A DNA stretch of 64,000 bases from Histomonas meleagridis 2922-C6/04-290x (GCA_020184695.1 JAANOX010000075.1:124001-188000), one strand, 5' to 3'; shown: positions 1-10,995, counted from the stretch's first letter. Notes: a model not told the origin generated them from the letters alone. A program made the numbers and translations.

Positions 1-52
1 CTTCTTCAATAAAACTTTAATTTGTTAAGTGTTTATCTGAAAAGTGCTAAAA

Positions 53-535
53 ATGTCGAACGAAGTGAGAAATACAAGCGCTTTTCCTCCGCCACCAGAT
101 GAATATAAGGCTTTTACTTCAGAAGAAAAGATTGAGTCTATTCAGCCGCCATTCCCTCCATCAGGACCAATAAAGGTTTTTGGCCAAAATCAAACAGAAG
201 AACAAGTTCAAACATTGGAAGAACAAGGAATTCCAGTTCTTTACGACGAAAGTCAACCATCTCTACTTGAACTTAAAAAACTTAATCATAAAATCCTATT
301 TGCATTTCAAAAATTAGTCGGAATTATAGCCGAAGGTAATGAATCAACTGACGAATGCCTTGAACATATAAAACATTTATTCCTAAATGCACATTATATT
401 TTACACAAATTAAGATCTATTCAGGCATACGAACATATGCACTATTGTCTACAAGAACAGACAAGGCAGCTCGATGCGTTCAAGCAAGATTTTGATGCAA
501 AACTTGAAGAAATTTCACACTTAACCCCACCATAG
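53..535 (+). CDS. MED7: Mediator complex subunit 7
   Basis: SAFPPPPDEYKAF N-terminal motif, ELKKLNHKIL and HIKHLFLNAHYILHKLRSIQA match MED7 family motifs; first ATG at 53. Confidence 0.85.
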   Translation: MSNEVRNTSAFPPPPDEYKAFTSEEKIESIQPPFPPSGPIKVFGQNQTEEQVQTLEEQGIPVLYDESQPSLLELKKLNHKILFAFQKLVGIIAEGNESTDECLEHIKHLFLNAHYILHKLRSIQAYEHMHYCLQEQTRQLDAFKQDFDAKLEEISHLTPP

Positions 536-849
536 ATATCAAAAATTAAATTTGGCTTAATGTTAATATCCACTTCTAATAAATAAACAGACATCCCCAA
601 TATTACTATTTTGCTTGAATTATGTCTTTTTTAATTTGTTTTAAATAATTTCCTTTCAATTTTTTATTGTCATTATCAAAGCGGATAATAATTGGGTAGA
701 TAAAGGCTAGCTGTTGCCATGGTATGGATGCTGCTAATGACATTTTTCCAGTATTTCAGAAAGAAAAATCATTTTGGGGCATCCCGCATAACCGTTCTTG
801 ATGGAAGTCTCTTTTATTTGAAGCCCTTGCGTGAAATCGTTTTTTTATT

Positions 850-2508
850 ATGTCAGTTATAGGTATTGATTTAGGTACAACATACAGTTGTGTTGGTGTT
901 TTCAGATACAATCGTGTTGATATTATAGCGAATGATATGGGTAATCGTACAACACCATCTTATGTTGCATTTACAGAAGAAGTAAGACTTGTTGGTGATG
1001 CCGCAAAGAACCAAGCAGCCATGAATCCAACAAATACAGTATTTGATGCCAAGCGTATGATAGGACGTAAATTTAGTGATCCAGTTGTTCAAAAAGATAT
1101 GCAACATTGGCCATTCAAAGTCGTTCGTGGTGAAGTAGATCGTCCAAGAATTCAAGTTCAATGGAAAGGTGAAACGAAACAATTCTATCCGGAAGAAATC
1201 TCAGCTATGGTGTTAGGTAAAATGAAAGAAATTGCAGAAAGTCAACTTACAGACAAAGTCAAAGATGCGGTTATTACAGTTCCCGCATATTTCAATGATG
1301 CCCAACGTCAAGCCACAAAAGATGCATGTGTCATTGCAGGATTAAATGTTCTTCGTATTGTTGATGAGCCAATAGCGGCTGCAATTGCATTTGGCTTTAA
1401 TGAGATATACGGTTCAAAGCGTCATGTTTTAGTCTTCGATCTTGGCGGCGGTACATTTGATGTTTCATTACTTGACATCGATGGCGACATGTTCGAAGTT
1501 CGTGCCACAGCAGGCGATACACATCTTGGCGGCGAAGACTTCGATAATCGTATGGTTAATTACTTTGCAGATCGATTCCAAAAGAAGTTCAAATGCGACT
1601 TACGACAATCGCCACGTGCATTACGTACATTACGAGCAGCATGCGAACGATCTAAGCGAACATTATCCACAGCCACATCCGCATCCATTGTTTGTGACTC
1701 ATTATATGAAGGCCACGACTTTGTGGATAACATTTCACGTGCAATGTTCGAGAACTTAAATGATGAATTGTTCAGATCGACGATGACACCAGTTGCACAA
1801 GTATTAAGGGATGCGAACATGTCGAAGTCAGACGTCACAGATATAGTTTTAGTTGGAGGTTCATCACGTATTCCACGTGTTCAACAATTGTTACAAGACT
1901 TCTTCAATGGCAAGCAGCCATGCCGTGGCGTTGATCTGGATGAAGCAGTTGCATATGGTGCAGCATTACAAGCAGCAATTATCAAAGGCAATATCTTCAA
2001 AATTCCCTGTAACTTAGATGTTGTACCACTTTCATTAGGTATCGAAACAGCGGGCGGAATGATGACAGTGCTCATTCCACGTAATACAACAATTCCAATA
2101 AAGAAGTCAAATGTCTTCACAACGTTCTCAGATAATCAGCCCGCAGTTACAATCAAAGTTTATGAAGGAGAACGTTCTCGAACATGCGACAACAACTTAC
2201 TTGGTACATTCGATTTAACAGGCATTCCGCCAGCGCCACGCGGCGTACCACAGATTGAAGTTACATTCGATGTTGACGCGGATGGTATTATGAACGTTTC
2301 GGCACAAGATAAGTCGACAGGTAACGTGAAGAAGATCACGATTAAGAATGAGAAAGGACGTCTTTCACAAGCAGATATCGATAAAATGGTTGCAGACGCA
2401 GAAAAGTACAAAGCACAAGATGAAGAAGTGCGTAAGAAAGTCGAAGCGAAGAATGCACTTGAAGATGTACGTAACTCATCAAATCAAGAACAGTTTGCTA
2501 AACGATAA
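850..2508 (+). CDS. HSP70: Cytosolic Hsp70, divergent and C-terminally truncated (possible pseudogene)
   Basis: [19 protein letters not shown] and [10 protein letters not shown] signatures; stops at 552 aa without lid or EEVD; decayed tail-like sequence continues to about 2650. Confidence 0.9.
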   Translation: MSVIGIDLGTTYSCVGVFRYNRVDIIANDMGNRTTPSYVAFTEEVRLVGDAAKNQAAMNPTNTVFDAKRMIGRKFSDPVVQKDMQHWPFKVVRGEVDRPRIQVQWKGETKQFYPEEISAMVLGKMKEIAESQLTDKVKDAVITVPAYFNDAQRQATKDACVIAGLNVLRIVDEPIAAAIAFGFNEIYGSKRHVLVFDLGGGTFDVSLLDIDGDMFEVRATAGDTHLGGEDFDNRMVNYFADRFQKKFKCDLRQSPRALRTLRAACERSKRTLSTATSASIVCDSLYEGHDFVDNISRAMFENLNDELFRSTMTPVAQVLRDANMSKSDVTDIVLVGGSSRIPRVQQLLQDFFNGKQPCRGVDLDEAVAYGAALQAAIIKGNIFKIPCNLDVVPLSLGIETAGGMMTVLIPRNTTIPIKKSNVFTTFSDNQPAVTIKVYEGERSRTCDNNLLGTFDLTGIPPAPRGVPQIEVTFDVDADGIMNVSAQDKSTGNVKKITIKNEKGRLSQADIDKMVADAEKYKAQDEEVRKKVEAKNALEDVRNSSNQEQFAKR

Positions 2509-2884
2509 GGAATCAAACAATGATAAACTCAAATATATTTGCTAAATAAACGTTGACGTAATTACATTCGAAGCCAAATAATGTTAGTTGTGCAATATCT
2601 TTATCAATATACAGCAGCAGTGCGCATAATGTGGAAATGGGTCAAATAGTGATTCATTAGGATCATTTGAAATTAAATAAATGTTAAACATAGAAATATT
2701 TTATAAAAAGATATAAAAATATTCTCAAAAAAATATGATCATAAAGAGGTTCAAATTATAAACAAAAACGATCGGATTCAATTTAATTAGTTTTCAAAAA
2801 GTTTTATCGTATCACATAAATGATTTTTGAATACTCGAATTCAATACTTTACATAAAAATGCCTCAAAGCCTGATTTAAATCTG

Positions 2885-5010
2885 ATGGAAAACCCAATAA
2901 CAAATGATAATGAAAAGATCAAGTTATTACATAAAACCATTATTTGTATGAACAAGGATAATATTTCTCAGTCATCACGTGTAATTATTAATATGTTTGA
3001 CTTTAATCATCCATATTCTTTTAATTTAATAATTAGTCAAATAATATTTTCAGTCTTTGTTACAAAGAAAGACTTTAATATATATTTTGATTTCATGAAG
3101 GAAATTGAATCATTTGAAGAAACAAACAAAGTTAAATACAAAATAATTTATGTTTTTAAGAATTTCCTTCTTTATAAAAAATCACGAGAATCAAATTTTC
3201 TTCTCTATCAAATGGTTGCACATAACTTAATAGAACTAAAATCTTTTAGATATGAAACTATTTCATATTTTGTGCATTATATGTCTGAAGAAGAAATTTC
3301 AAAATTACCTTTTGATTATCGAAAACTCATTGAAGAACATTATGAAGAGCTTTCAAAGAATGATTGGGAACTTCATAAGAAATTAAGTGAAGAAGGAAAC
3401 AATTCAAGTGAAATAGCGAAAATAATTCGAAATGATGAAATAGAAAAACTTCAAGAAATATCATCACAAGAAAACTTTAATTTTAATCAAACAATTGAAC
3501 CATCACTTTATGAAAGATATTCATTCATTAATCAAGAAAATGTTACATTAATTGATTATGCAGCATTTTTTGGATCAATTAATTGTTTTAAATTTTTGTT
3601 AATGAATGGTTCTAAGTTTAATAATTTTACAGGAAAATATGCAGTTGCAGGTGGAAATAAAGAAATCATTCATTTATGTGAACAAAACCATTCACCATTT
3701 GCAGGTGCTTCTGAAATAGCAATTAAATTTCATCAAAATGATATCTTTCATTATCTTTATGAAAATAAAATTGGGAAAATTAATTGTTTGGAAGAATTAG
3801 GAAGAAAATGCATTTCAAATTATAACCATGAACTTTTATCTTTTTTAGAAAAAGAAGGAATGGAAGTTACTAATGATATTATTAATGAAGCAGCAAAAAT
3901 TGGAAATATATATCTCATTAAATATTTTCTTCAGAATAAGGAAATCCCAAAAAATATTATAGTTTTTGCTTCAAAATCTGGAAACATTGAACTTGTTGAT
4001 TATTTTTTAAACCAAAAAGGAATTAAAGTTAATACAAAAGGAATTTAATTTAACAACATCGAAATTATTTTAATAATTTGAAACACCACTCCATTTAGCA
4101 ATTGAAAATGGAAATATAGAAATTGTTAAATTATTATTAGAACAAAAAGGAATTGATGTTAATTTAAAAAATATTTATTTACATCATTTATGGTTTATTT
4201 GAATAACTTGTTATTTATATTTATGATTTTGGATTGAATTTAATAATTTCTGATTTATTAATATAATTTGAAATTTATTTTAATTAAAAGAAATTTATTT
4301 TGTTGACTTGAAATTTATTCTAATTAATTGAAATTTGTTTTAATATTTTGAAATTTTTTACTATCATTTGACAATTATTTTTTTGGTAATTTGAAACTCC
4401 TCTTCATGAAGCAGCTAAAAAAGGTAACATAGAAATTGTTAAATCACTTTTAGAACAAGAAGGGATTGATATTAATTTAAGGGTATTGATATTAATATTT
4501 TTTGCAAAAAATATTTTAATGTTTTACATGAAATTTATTTTTATAATTTCTAATATCAAAATAATATTTGGAAATAATTGAAAATATTTCGAACAGCATT
4601 TATGTTAGCAGCTAGAAAAGGTCATATAGAAATAGTTAAATTACTTTTCGGAAAAGAAAGAATTGATATTAATGTTAAAGATATTTATTTATTTTATTTA
4701 ATGTTTATTTTAATAATTTGATATTTTAAAACAATATTTGGAAAATATTTAAACTATTTGATACAGCACTTATTTGTGCATCTTCAAATGGTTATACAGA
4801 AATAGTTAAATTCCTTCTTGAACAAGAAGGAATTGATAATAATGCTAAAAATATTTATTTGTTTTATTTAAAATTTATTTTAATCATTTGATATTTCAAA
4901 ATAATATTTGGAAATTATTTAAATTATTTAAAACAGCACTTATTTTAGCGTCTAAAAATGGTTATACAGAAATCATTAAATTATTGGAACAAAAATATAT
5001 TTTTAAATAA
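2885..5010 (+). CDS. DUF3447-like plus ankyrin-repeat protein; ORF open 2885-4048, then five further ankyrin blocks separated by frame-breaking spacers
   Basis: IIRNDEIEKLQ, YAAFFGSINCFKFL and YAVAGGNKEIIHLCEQ motifs. Downstream blocks start at 4080 (ETPLHLAIENGN), 4393, 4590, 4760 and 4930; the last ends at TAA 5008-5010. Confidence 0.8.
4040..4929 (+). repeat. Array of 90-nt ankyrin blocks and intron-like AT-rich spacers made of 20-nt modules
   Basis: Spacers at 4040-4079 (40 nt), 4170-4392 (223), 4483-4589 (107), 4680-4759 (80) and 4850-4929 (80), each starting right after the conserved K/R codon of IDINxK. Confidence 0.9.
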
Positions 5011-5548
5011 GATTTTAATATTTATTTAAGAAAGAGTTTGTATTCTTATTAAGGAGGTACTTTTTTTTAATATGTTTATAAAAACTAAATATATAATATT
5101 ATTTCTAGCTTTTTTCTTAAGTTACCATCCAAAGAAAGAGGATTTGTAAAGAATATAATGAAAGTTTGAATTATTTGATTACAATAAAAAATAATGTAAG
5201 TATTGGAATGTAGACTTACTTTATAAATCATAAACAAATTAATTTTTATTTTTAATAAATAAATGATATTTTAGGTTGTTCTTCCATGGGTAACCACAGA
5301 TATTAAGTTTCTTGAGTATATATTAAATTAGTTAATATGTTTTAATATAAAAAGATTGGTATAAACACTGCAAGCATTAATTAGTTTAATTTCCACAATG
5401 AAATTCATGGAAATTTTATCACAAATCTTTTGGAATCAAAATCTGCAGGATTTGCTTTTACACTTTTCAAAAACTCAAATGCAAATAATTTAAGGTCAAT
5501 TGACATTTAATTAGAAATCATTTGAAACCGTTTTTCTAAAAAACATAT

Positions 5549-6253
5549 TTGAATGATTTACAAAATGACCGTTATCCTCCGAAAAGTGCTACTTTTGATC
5601 AGATGATGGAAAGGTGCAAATCAATTACAGCCGAAATTAGACAAAAACAAATTGCTTGTGCATTTGCTGTTCCAGTTGAACAGTTTCGAGATCAATTAGA
5701 AGGTTATGACGAAATTGTAAAAAAACCAATGGATTTGTCGACAGTTGAAGATAAATTAAAAAATCAAAAATACCGCAATACGAGCGAGTGGTATGAAGAT
5801 ATGCGTCTTGTTTTTCAAAACGCTATTGATTACTACCCCGAAGGAGATTCATTATCACTAATTGCAATTTATCTTTTAGATGTTTTTGAAAAAATGGCTA
5901 TAGGCCTAAACATAGAGACAGACCAAGCTTGGGTTGATGAAGTCAACCGAGTTTCTAACAAACTTTCAAAATTAATTGGATCTCCTCCATCTGCTCAAAA
6001 GTCAACACAACTCATCTCAGAACTACGTCAAAAGTCAGCACAGATAGCAACGCCTAAGCCTCAGGAAATACCTGCAATTGTCGACAAACTTAATAATATC
6101 GTCAACGATGATGACCAACGAGAAATTGTCTTTGCGATATTGAGGGACATACAAGACATGCCAATAGAGGAGGCGGCAAGTAAACCTATAGACCTTGAGA
6201 AGCTTTCGCCAGCTGCCATGAAAACTTTAATATATTTTTCGCAGACATTATAA
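5549..6253 (+). CDS. Bromodomain protein with ET-like C-terminal domain (start uncertain)
   Basis: FAVPVE..GYDEIVKKPMDLSTVEDKL and DMRLVFQNAIDYY bromodomain motifs; C-terminal PIDLEKLSPAAMKTL is ET-like; first in-frame ATG at 5603. Confidence 0.85.
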   Translation: MNDLQNDRYPPKSATFDQMMERCKSITAEIRQKQIACAFAVPVEQFRDQLEGYDEIVKKPMDLSTVEDKLKNQKYRNTSEWYEDMRLVFQNAIDYYPEGDSLSLIAIYLLDVFEKMAIGLNIETDQAWVDEVNRVSNKLSKLIGSPPSAQKSTQLISELRQKSAQIATPKPQEIPAIVDKLNNIVNDDDQREIVFAILRDIQDMPIEEAASKPIDLEKLSPAAMKTLIYFSQTL

Positions 6254-6619
6254 ATTAGAATATGTAAAGAAGAAAAAAAATTACATAAGCTTGTTTCAAG
6301 CTTTCGAATTTAGAATGATTTTTTTCAAAACTTTTGTCTTTCTCGAAATTGACAATTTACTTTTTCAATAATCGAATCATTGTTTTTTCATTATGAATTC
6401 GAAAGACATGCTTAAAGTAGTATTTATAATTATGGTTTAAGTTCAAAATTGTTTAACGGAATTTTTTGCCGTTGACTTGATGTTTTTCTTTTCGAGACAC
6501 TTTCCATTACAAAATAACCCATTGAATTTGTTGAAAAGTGACGAGGGCGCCTTGTGAGTGATAAATAAATGACAAAACCGAAAGCACTGAAATTTGTAAA
6601 TTAGTCAAATTCTCCAGCG

Positions 6620-7615
6620 ATGGCAACAGACGCAAACCTTGTGTCTTGGCTTGGAATTTTACCGCAGATACCAAAAGAATATAAGTCCACAGAAATGTTC
6701 GATTTCGAATATCAAGAAGATTTTCCACTACAATTCAATGAAGAACCAATTAATTCAGAACAAATGCTTTTATCAAAAAATCCAAAGTTTGAAAATCCTT
6801 TCTACCTTGGCGCTTATTTGTGCTTTTGCCCTGGTCTTTATCCCAAACGATTATATACGGCAATTTTTGCAAATTCAAGGTTATCTAGAACACTTTTATT
6901 TTACTTTTATTCAGCAGTCAACTTAGAATTCGTGTCTATTTACGAAGCAGCATATTTACTCCTATCAAGAATTGCATTTCCAAATGATTTAGAAAATTTA
7001 CGTACAATGTTCGAAGCAGCAAGTGATGCATATCACACAGCAAATCCATATTGTCAACTTTCTCGTAATGAGATATTTAGACTATTTATTGTTTTCATTT
7101 TATTTTCAACAGCTCACTTAAGATCAGGAATAATGTCTTTCCAGGAATTCTCTGATTACCTTTCCAATGTACAGATTACAAGTAACGAGAAACAGAAGCT
7201 TTACAAGCAATTATGTGATAATCCAATTCCTCTCTTTTTGACATTTAGATTAACATGTGATGAACCTGATTCGAGCAGATCCGGATTTTTGAAGAAGACA
7301 GGTAATATTCTCTCCAAGAAAAAGAGATTTTACATGATTGATAAATTTAAATTACTTGCATATGATGCCTCCAAAAAGAACCTATTGGAAGAGATACCTT
7401 TGGAGGGTGTTCAGGCAGAGTATATTGATCAAGCATCAAATAAAAGATATTTATCTCTTCGACTTCCAGAAGGTCATGACGTTGGGTACAAACTTAAGAA
7501 TGCGAATACTAACAAAGATGCTAGTTTATCCATGGATTTATGTCTTTTTTCCTGGGCTGAAGATATAAATTATGTATCGTTCCTTGCTCTCCTCCATCGG
7601 TTGCTTAACGAATGA
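6620..7615 (+). CDS. Sec7-like plus PH domain protein (cytohesin-like architecture)
   Basis: LSRIAFPNDLENLRTMFEAASDAYHTANP aligns with Sec7 FRLPGEAQKIDRIMEAFAxRYxxCNP; PH-like RSGFLKKTG..KKRFYMIDKFKLLAY. Confidence 0.65.
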   Translation: MATDANLVSWLGILPQIPKEYKSTEMFDFEYQEDFPLQFNEEPINSEQMLLSKNPKFENPFYLGAYLCFCPGLYPKRLYTAIFANSRLSRTLLFYFYSAVNLEFVSIYEAAYLLLSRIAFPNDLENLRTMFEAASDAYHTANPYCQLSRNEIFRLFIVFILFSTAHLRSGIMSFQEFSDYLSNVQITSNEKQKLYKQLCDNPIPLFLTFRLTCDEPDSSRSGFLKKTGNILSKKKRFYMIDKFKLLAYDASKKNLLEEIPLEGVQAEYIDQASNKRYLSLRLPEGHDVGYKLKNANTNKDASLSMDLCLFSWAEDINYVSFLALLHRLLNE

Positions 7616-7872
7616 TAGAATTAAGAGAGCGAATGTAATCCTTTAAACATTTCATGCCAACATTTTTTGCGATAAATCTTTTTGATTTAAAATCAACCAA
7701 TTAATATCCATTAACTAAGATCATAAAAGGCAATTATTCGTTTTTTGAGGTAATAGTCAATATTTATAGCAAATATTTGAAGATATTTTTTTATGAGTTT
7801 TTTTAACTGTAAAATAACGTTAAGTTCTAGTTTTGTCACTTTTGTTTATTCCGCAGCCGAAAGATTTCTTAA

Positions 7873-10800
7873 ATGGGTGAAGCCTTTGATCGCAATAATT
7901 ATATCTTACATGAATTTTTTCCTTGCATTGCGGTATGGGTTGACCCAGAAATTGATGAAGAGTTAAAAATTAATCAAAAAGGAATTATGGATATTTTTAT
8001 GAATGAAGCCAAGACATCACTGAATACAAAGCATCCATTTAAACTTGAAAATATAAATGAAATTCAAGTTAATAAGAAATCAACAATCGAAGAAGAAATA
8101 ATGGAGATTCTTAAGTCAAACGATAAGGCTTTTCAAACGTATCAATTTCCAGAAAAATTCCAAGATCGTGATGGAATTAAATATGATACAAATAAAATAT
8201 CAAAATCACCTTGGATTAAATCAATTTTAACAAAAATCTTGTTTTCAGTCCCACGAAATGGTAAATTTCAAATTTATGAAATCCCAAGGCGATGTGTAAT
8301 TTTTACTTCAAATTCCAAAATTCCAGATCTCTTATCAATCTTCAATGGTATTTTTCCAAAAAGTCATTTATCTGATGACATTCCATATGTTATAAATACA
8401 AGTTTAGACGCAGATAATATTACTTTTGAATTCAATAGTCAAGATACAGATACAAACTCACAGATAGAAAGCAAAGTATTTAATTACAAAACATCTGAAA
8501 TCCAATCTTTTATTGTAGATAATGTTATTGAACCAATTGTAAATGTCCAAATTCCAAATTCTCTTCGAAGACAATTATCACAAATGAATTATTTTATCCA
8601 AACAGAATCCAAAAAATCCACTTTGATTCGTAAGCTTTTTTCCAGAAGAGCTGATTATGAACGTCAACAACAAGAAATTAATTTATTATATACACAAATG
8701 GCATTTATCAATGTAGTACTTAAACAATATGAAGAAGCTCGCGAACTAGTTCGAAGGCTTCTCCAAGTTCCCAATTTTGTTGAAGAAAGGACTATTAAAC
8801 TATTAAATTTTCATCTTCAATTATTAAGTTATGTTAACTATAATGATATCTTACAAATGGCCTTAGAGCTGATTAACATTTATATAAATGCAAAAGATAA
8901 TGGTTCTTGTTATTATTTATTATTTAAATCATTACAAATTGCTTTTCAAAAGAGGCCATCTCAACATACTGAATCCTTCTTGCAACATCTCTTGTCATTT
9001 CATTGGCACCCTGCTATAAAGGCTACCTGCTTTGAGCGGATTGCAAGTTTTTACATAAACAATAAACGGTTCCGCAAAGCGGCCGTTTATTTGCACTTTG
9101 CAGCGGTTTCGTATTCAAGCATCTCTTTATATGGTCATTCACTTCGATGTTCTTCCTTTGTTCACTCATTTATTTCAAAGGATGAAGTAAAAAGTAATAC
9201 ATTTGTATGTGGTAGTGATAATCTTTATAAATTAGCAAATCATTCCAATTTTCAAAACCAAACGTGGAAACTAATCATTGCTAGGACATTAGAAACCATT
9301 GCCAATGATTTAGTTTCTTGTCGTTGTACATCATTTGCTCCACTTATTCATCTTAATCTTTTTGTTTATGGATTTGACACAAAAGATCGACAATTTGACA
9401 ACTTCAAACAATATTTTAGTACATACAACCATGGTTCTACCAAAAAGTTTATCTCTAATATCTCATTACCAATAATCACCATCAAAGCAAGTCCCGATAT
9501 TTTCATGTATGGGTCCCCAGAGTATTCCAATGTCTCGTCTTCTGTTTTTGACAACATTTTTAAGTTTTGGAATAAACGTATTCAAAATACATCATTTCGA
9601 AAACATTGGATCTGTAACTCTGACAATGTCATTAAAATTGCTTGTAACGAAGACATTAAGTTACGGTTTACTGTTATCAGTAGTTTTTCATCTATTCCAT
9701 ATACCATTTCAGAAATGCGCGTTCTAATTGAAAGTCAAGAAACTGATGAAGAAAAATGGTTCGAAACTTCGCCAGTTGACTTTTCATTTGAGTGCAAGAG
9801 CACAGATGTTGTCTGTACCTTTAAAGTTTTTCAGCCGCGGAAATTTAATATTAACAAAGTTTCTTTTAAGTTTTGGCACTTATCGAATGTAACGATTGAC
9901 ATTCCGCAAATCGAATTTCAATCATTTGATGAGCAGCCATCACTTAAAGTGATCATCAAAGAGTTTCCCACCAATTTATATGAGAATGAGATCAGTAATT
10001 TTTCGTTAATTCTCAAGAATAATGGAACGAAACAATTAAAATCGATTGTTTTAATACATGACTCACCGAACATTATATATTTTAATGACATAAGTGATCA
10101 AAAATATGAAAAAACATTTTCCATTGTGAATATAATACCAAATACTTCTGAAATAGAAGTTAATGGTTATATAATCGGAAAGAAAAATGACTTCGAAATT
10201 AAATTCGTTTGGTTTTATGAAGCTGCAACACAATTAAATTGGAGATCTTATTCGCAGTTATTTAAAATTCATATAAAATCAAATGAAAAGTTTCAAAATA
10301 ATTTCATTCTCGACCCAAGAAACACTCGACAATTTTTATATTTCACTGATATTAAAATTAAAGACAAGCCAATCATTTTAAATAACTCATACATACAAGG
10401 AAACCCTTATAAAATATTATTTGATTCGAATAATAATAATTTTATTGATTCTTTTGATAACAAAAGTTTTGTATTCGAAAAAAGTGAAGTGAACGATAGT
10501 AGCATTGAAAAAGTGGAATTTGTAAACCATTTTATTAACTTCAATAATTCTATCGGCGCACTTTCATATAAAAATAAAGATTTGAAGTTAGAGTCACAAT
10601 TAATATTGAAGAATGACATGATATTAAAAGAAAAAATCACATACCAAATTATTTCCCCTGAATATGTCGAAATTAATAATGATGAAAATTTTGCATTAGT
10701 CGCTGTGAAATTGTTATTATGTAATGTCTCAAAGGATGTAATTAAAGATGTGAACGCTTGCTCTATTGACTTAGGGAGAGCGAATAAATTTGGGACTGCG

Positions 10801-10995
10801 TTTTGGAATGGTAACAAGTCATATATAATCGAAGAGATTAAGCCAAACCAAACACATGAACTGGAGTTCCAACTGGTTGTGATGAGTCCGGGAATTTATG
10901 ACATAGCGTCTTTTATTGTGTTTTACGGAAAGAAAACGATAAAAATTCCGTTTTCGAAGTATTTATGCGTAAGTTTAAACACAAATGAGAATTAA
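7873..10995 (+). CDS. TRAPP III subunit TRAPPC8/Trs85-like protein
   Basis: RFRKAAVYLHFAAVSYSSISLYGHSLRC resembles TRAPPC8 RKYAFHMILAGHRF..HALRC; helical middle region and beta-rich C-terminal region; 1040 aa. Confidence 0.6.
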   Translation: MGEAFDRNNYILHEFFPCIAVWVDPEIDEELKINQKGIMDIFMNEAKTSLNTKHPFKLENINEIQVNKKSTIEEEIMEILKSNDKAFQTYQFPEKFQDRDGIKYDTNKISKSPWIKSILTKILFSVPRNGKFQIYEIPRRCVIFTSNSKIPDLLSIFNGIFPKSHLSDDIPYVINTSLDADNITFEFNSQDTDTNSQIESKVFNYKTSEIQSFIVDNVIEPIVNVQIPNSLRRQLSQMNYFIQTESKKSTLIRKLFSRRADYERQQQEINLLYTQMAFINVVLKQYEEARELVRRLLQVPNFVEERTIKLLNFHLQLLSYVNYNDILQMALELINIYINAKDNGSCYYLLFKSLQIAFQKRPSQHTESFLQHLLSFHWHPAIKATCFERIASFYINNKRFRKAAVYLHFAAVSYSSISLYGHSLRCSSFVHSFISKDEVKSNTFVCGSDNLYKLANHSNFQNQTWKLIIARTLETIANDLVSCRCTSFAPLIHLNLFVYGFDTKDRQFDNFKQYFSTYNHGSTKKFISNISLPIITIKASPDIFMYGSPEYSNVSSSVFDNIFKFWNKRIQNTSFRKHWICNSDNVIKIACNEDIKLRFTVISSFSSIPYTISEMRVLIESQETDEEKWFETSPVDFSFECKSTDVVCTFKVFQPRKFNINKVSFKFWHLSNVTIDIPQIEFQSFDEQPSLKVIIKEFPTNLYENEISNFSLILKNNGTKQLKSIVLIHDSPNIIYFNDISDQKYEKTFSIVNIIPNTSEIEVNGYIIGKKNDFEIKFVWFYEAATQLNWRSYSQLFKIHIKSNEKFQNNFILDPRNTRQFLYFTDIKIKDKPIILNNSYIQGNPYKILFDSNNNNFIDSFDNKSFVFEKSEVNDSSIEKVEFVNHFINFNNSIGALSYKNKDLKLESQLILKNDMILKEKITYQIISPEYVEINNDENFALVAVKLLLCNVSKDVIKDVNACSIDLGRANKFGTAFWNGNKSYIIEEIKPNQTHELEFQLVVMSPGIYDIASFIVFYGKKTIKIPFSKYLCVSLNTNEN

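Noticed and set aside
871-2545. Short overlapping or antisense ORFs on Hsp70 (and likewise on SCS-alpha, DOCK, RhoGAP, BspA and others)
   Set aside because: Shadow frames of real genes with no recognisable motifs
2630-2642. 13-nt exact match (TGTGGAAATGGGT) to the MITE right TIR
   Set aside because: Lies within the decayed Hsp70 tail, lacks the terminal TAGGG and has no partner repeat
4270-4369. CRISPR-like reading of the 20-nt or 170-nt arrays
   Set aside because: Eukaryotic context, no unique spacers between identical repeats, no cas genes; one component is ankyrin coding sequence
4680-4766. Canonical GT-AG splicing of the ankyrin spacers using the ACAG of Thr-Ala codons
   Set aside because: GT is absent from several spacers, AG is absent where the block starts ETP, no branch motif is present, and the GT(position 12)-to-ACAG excision is out of frame
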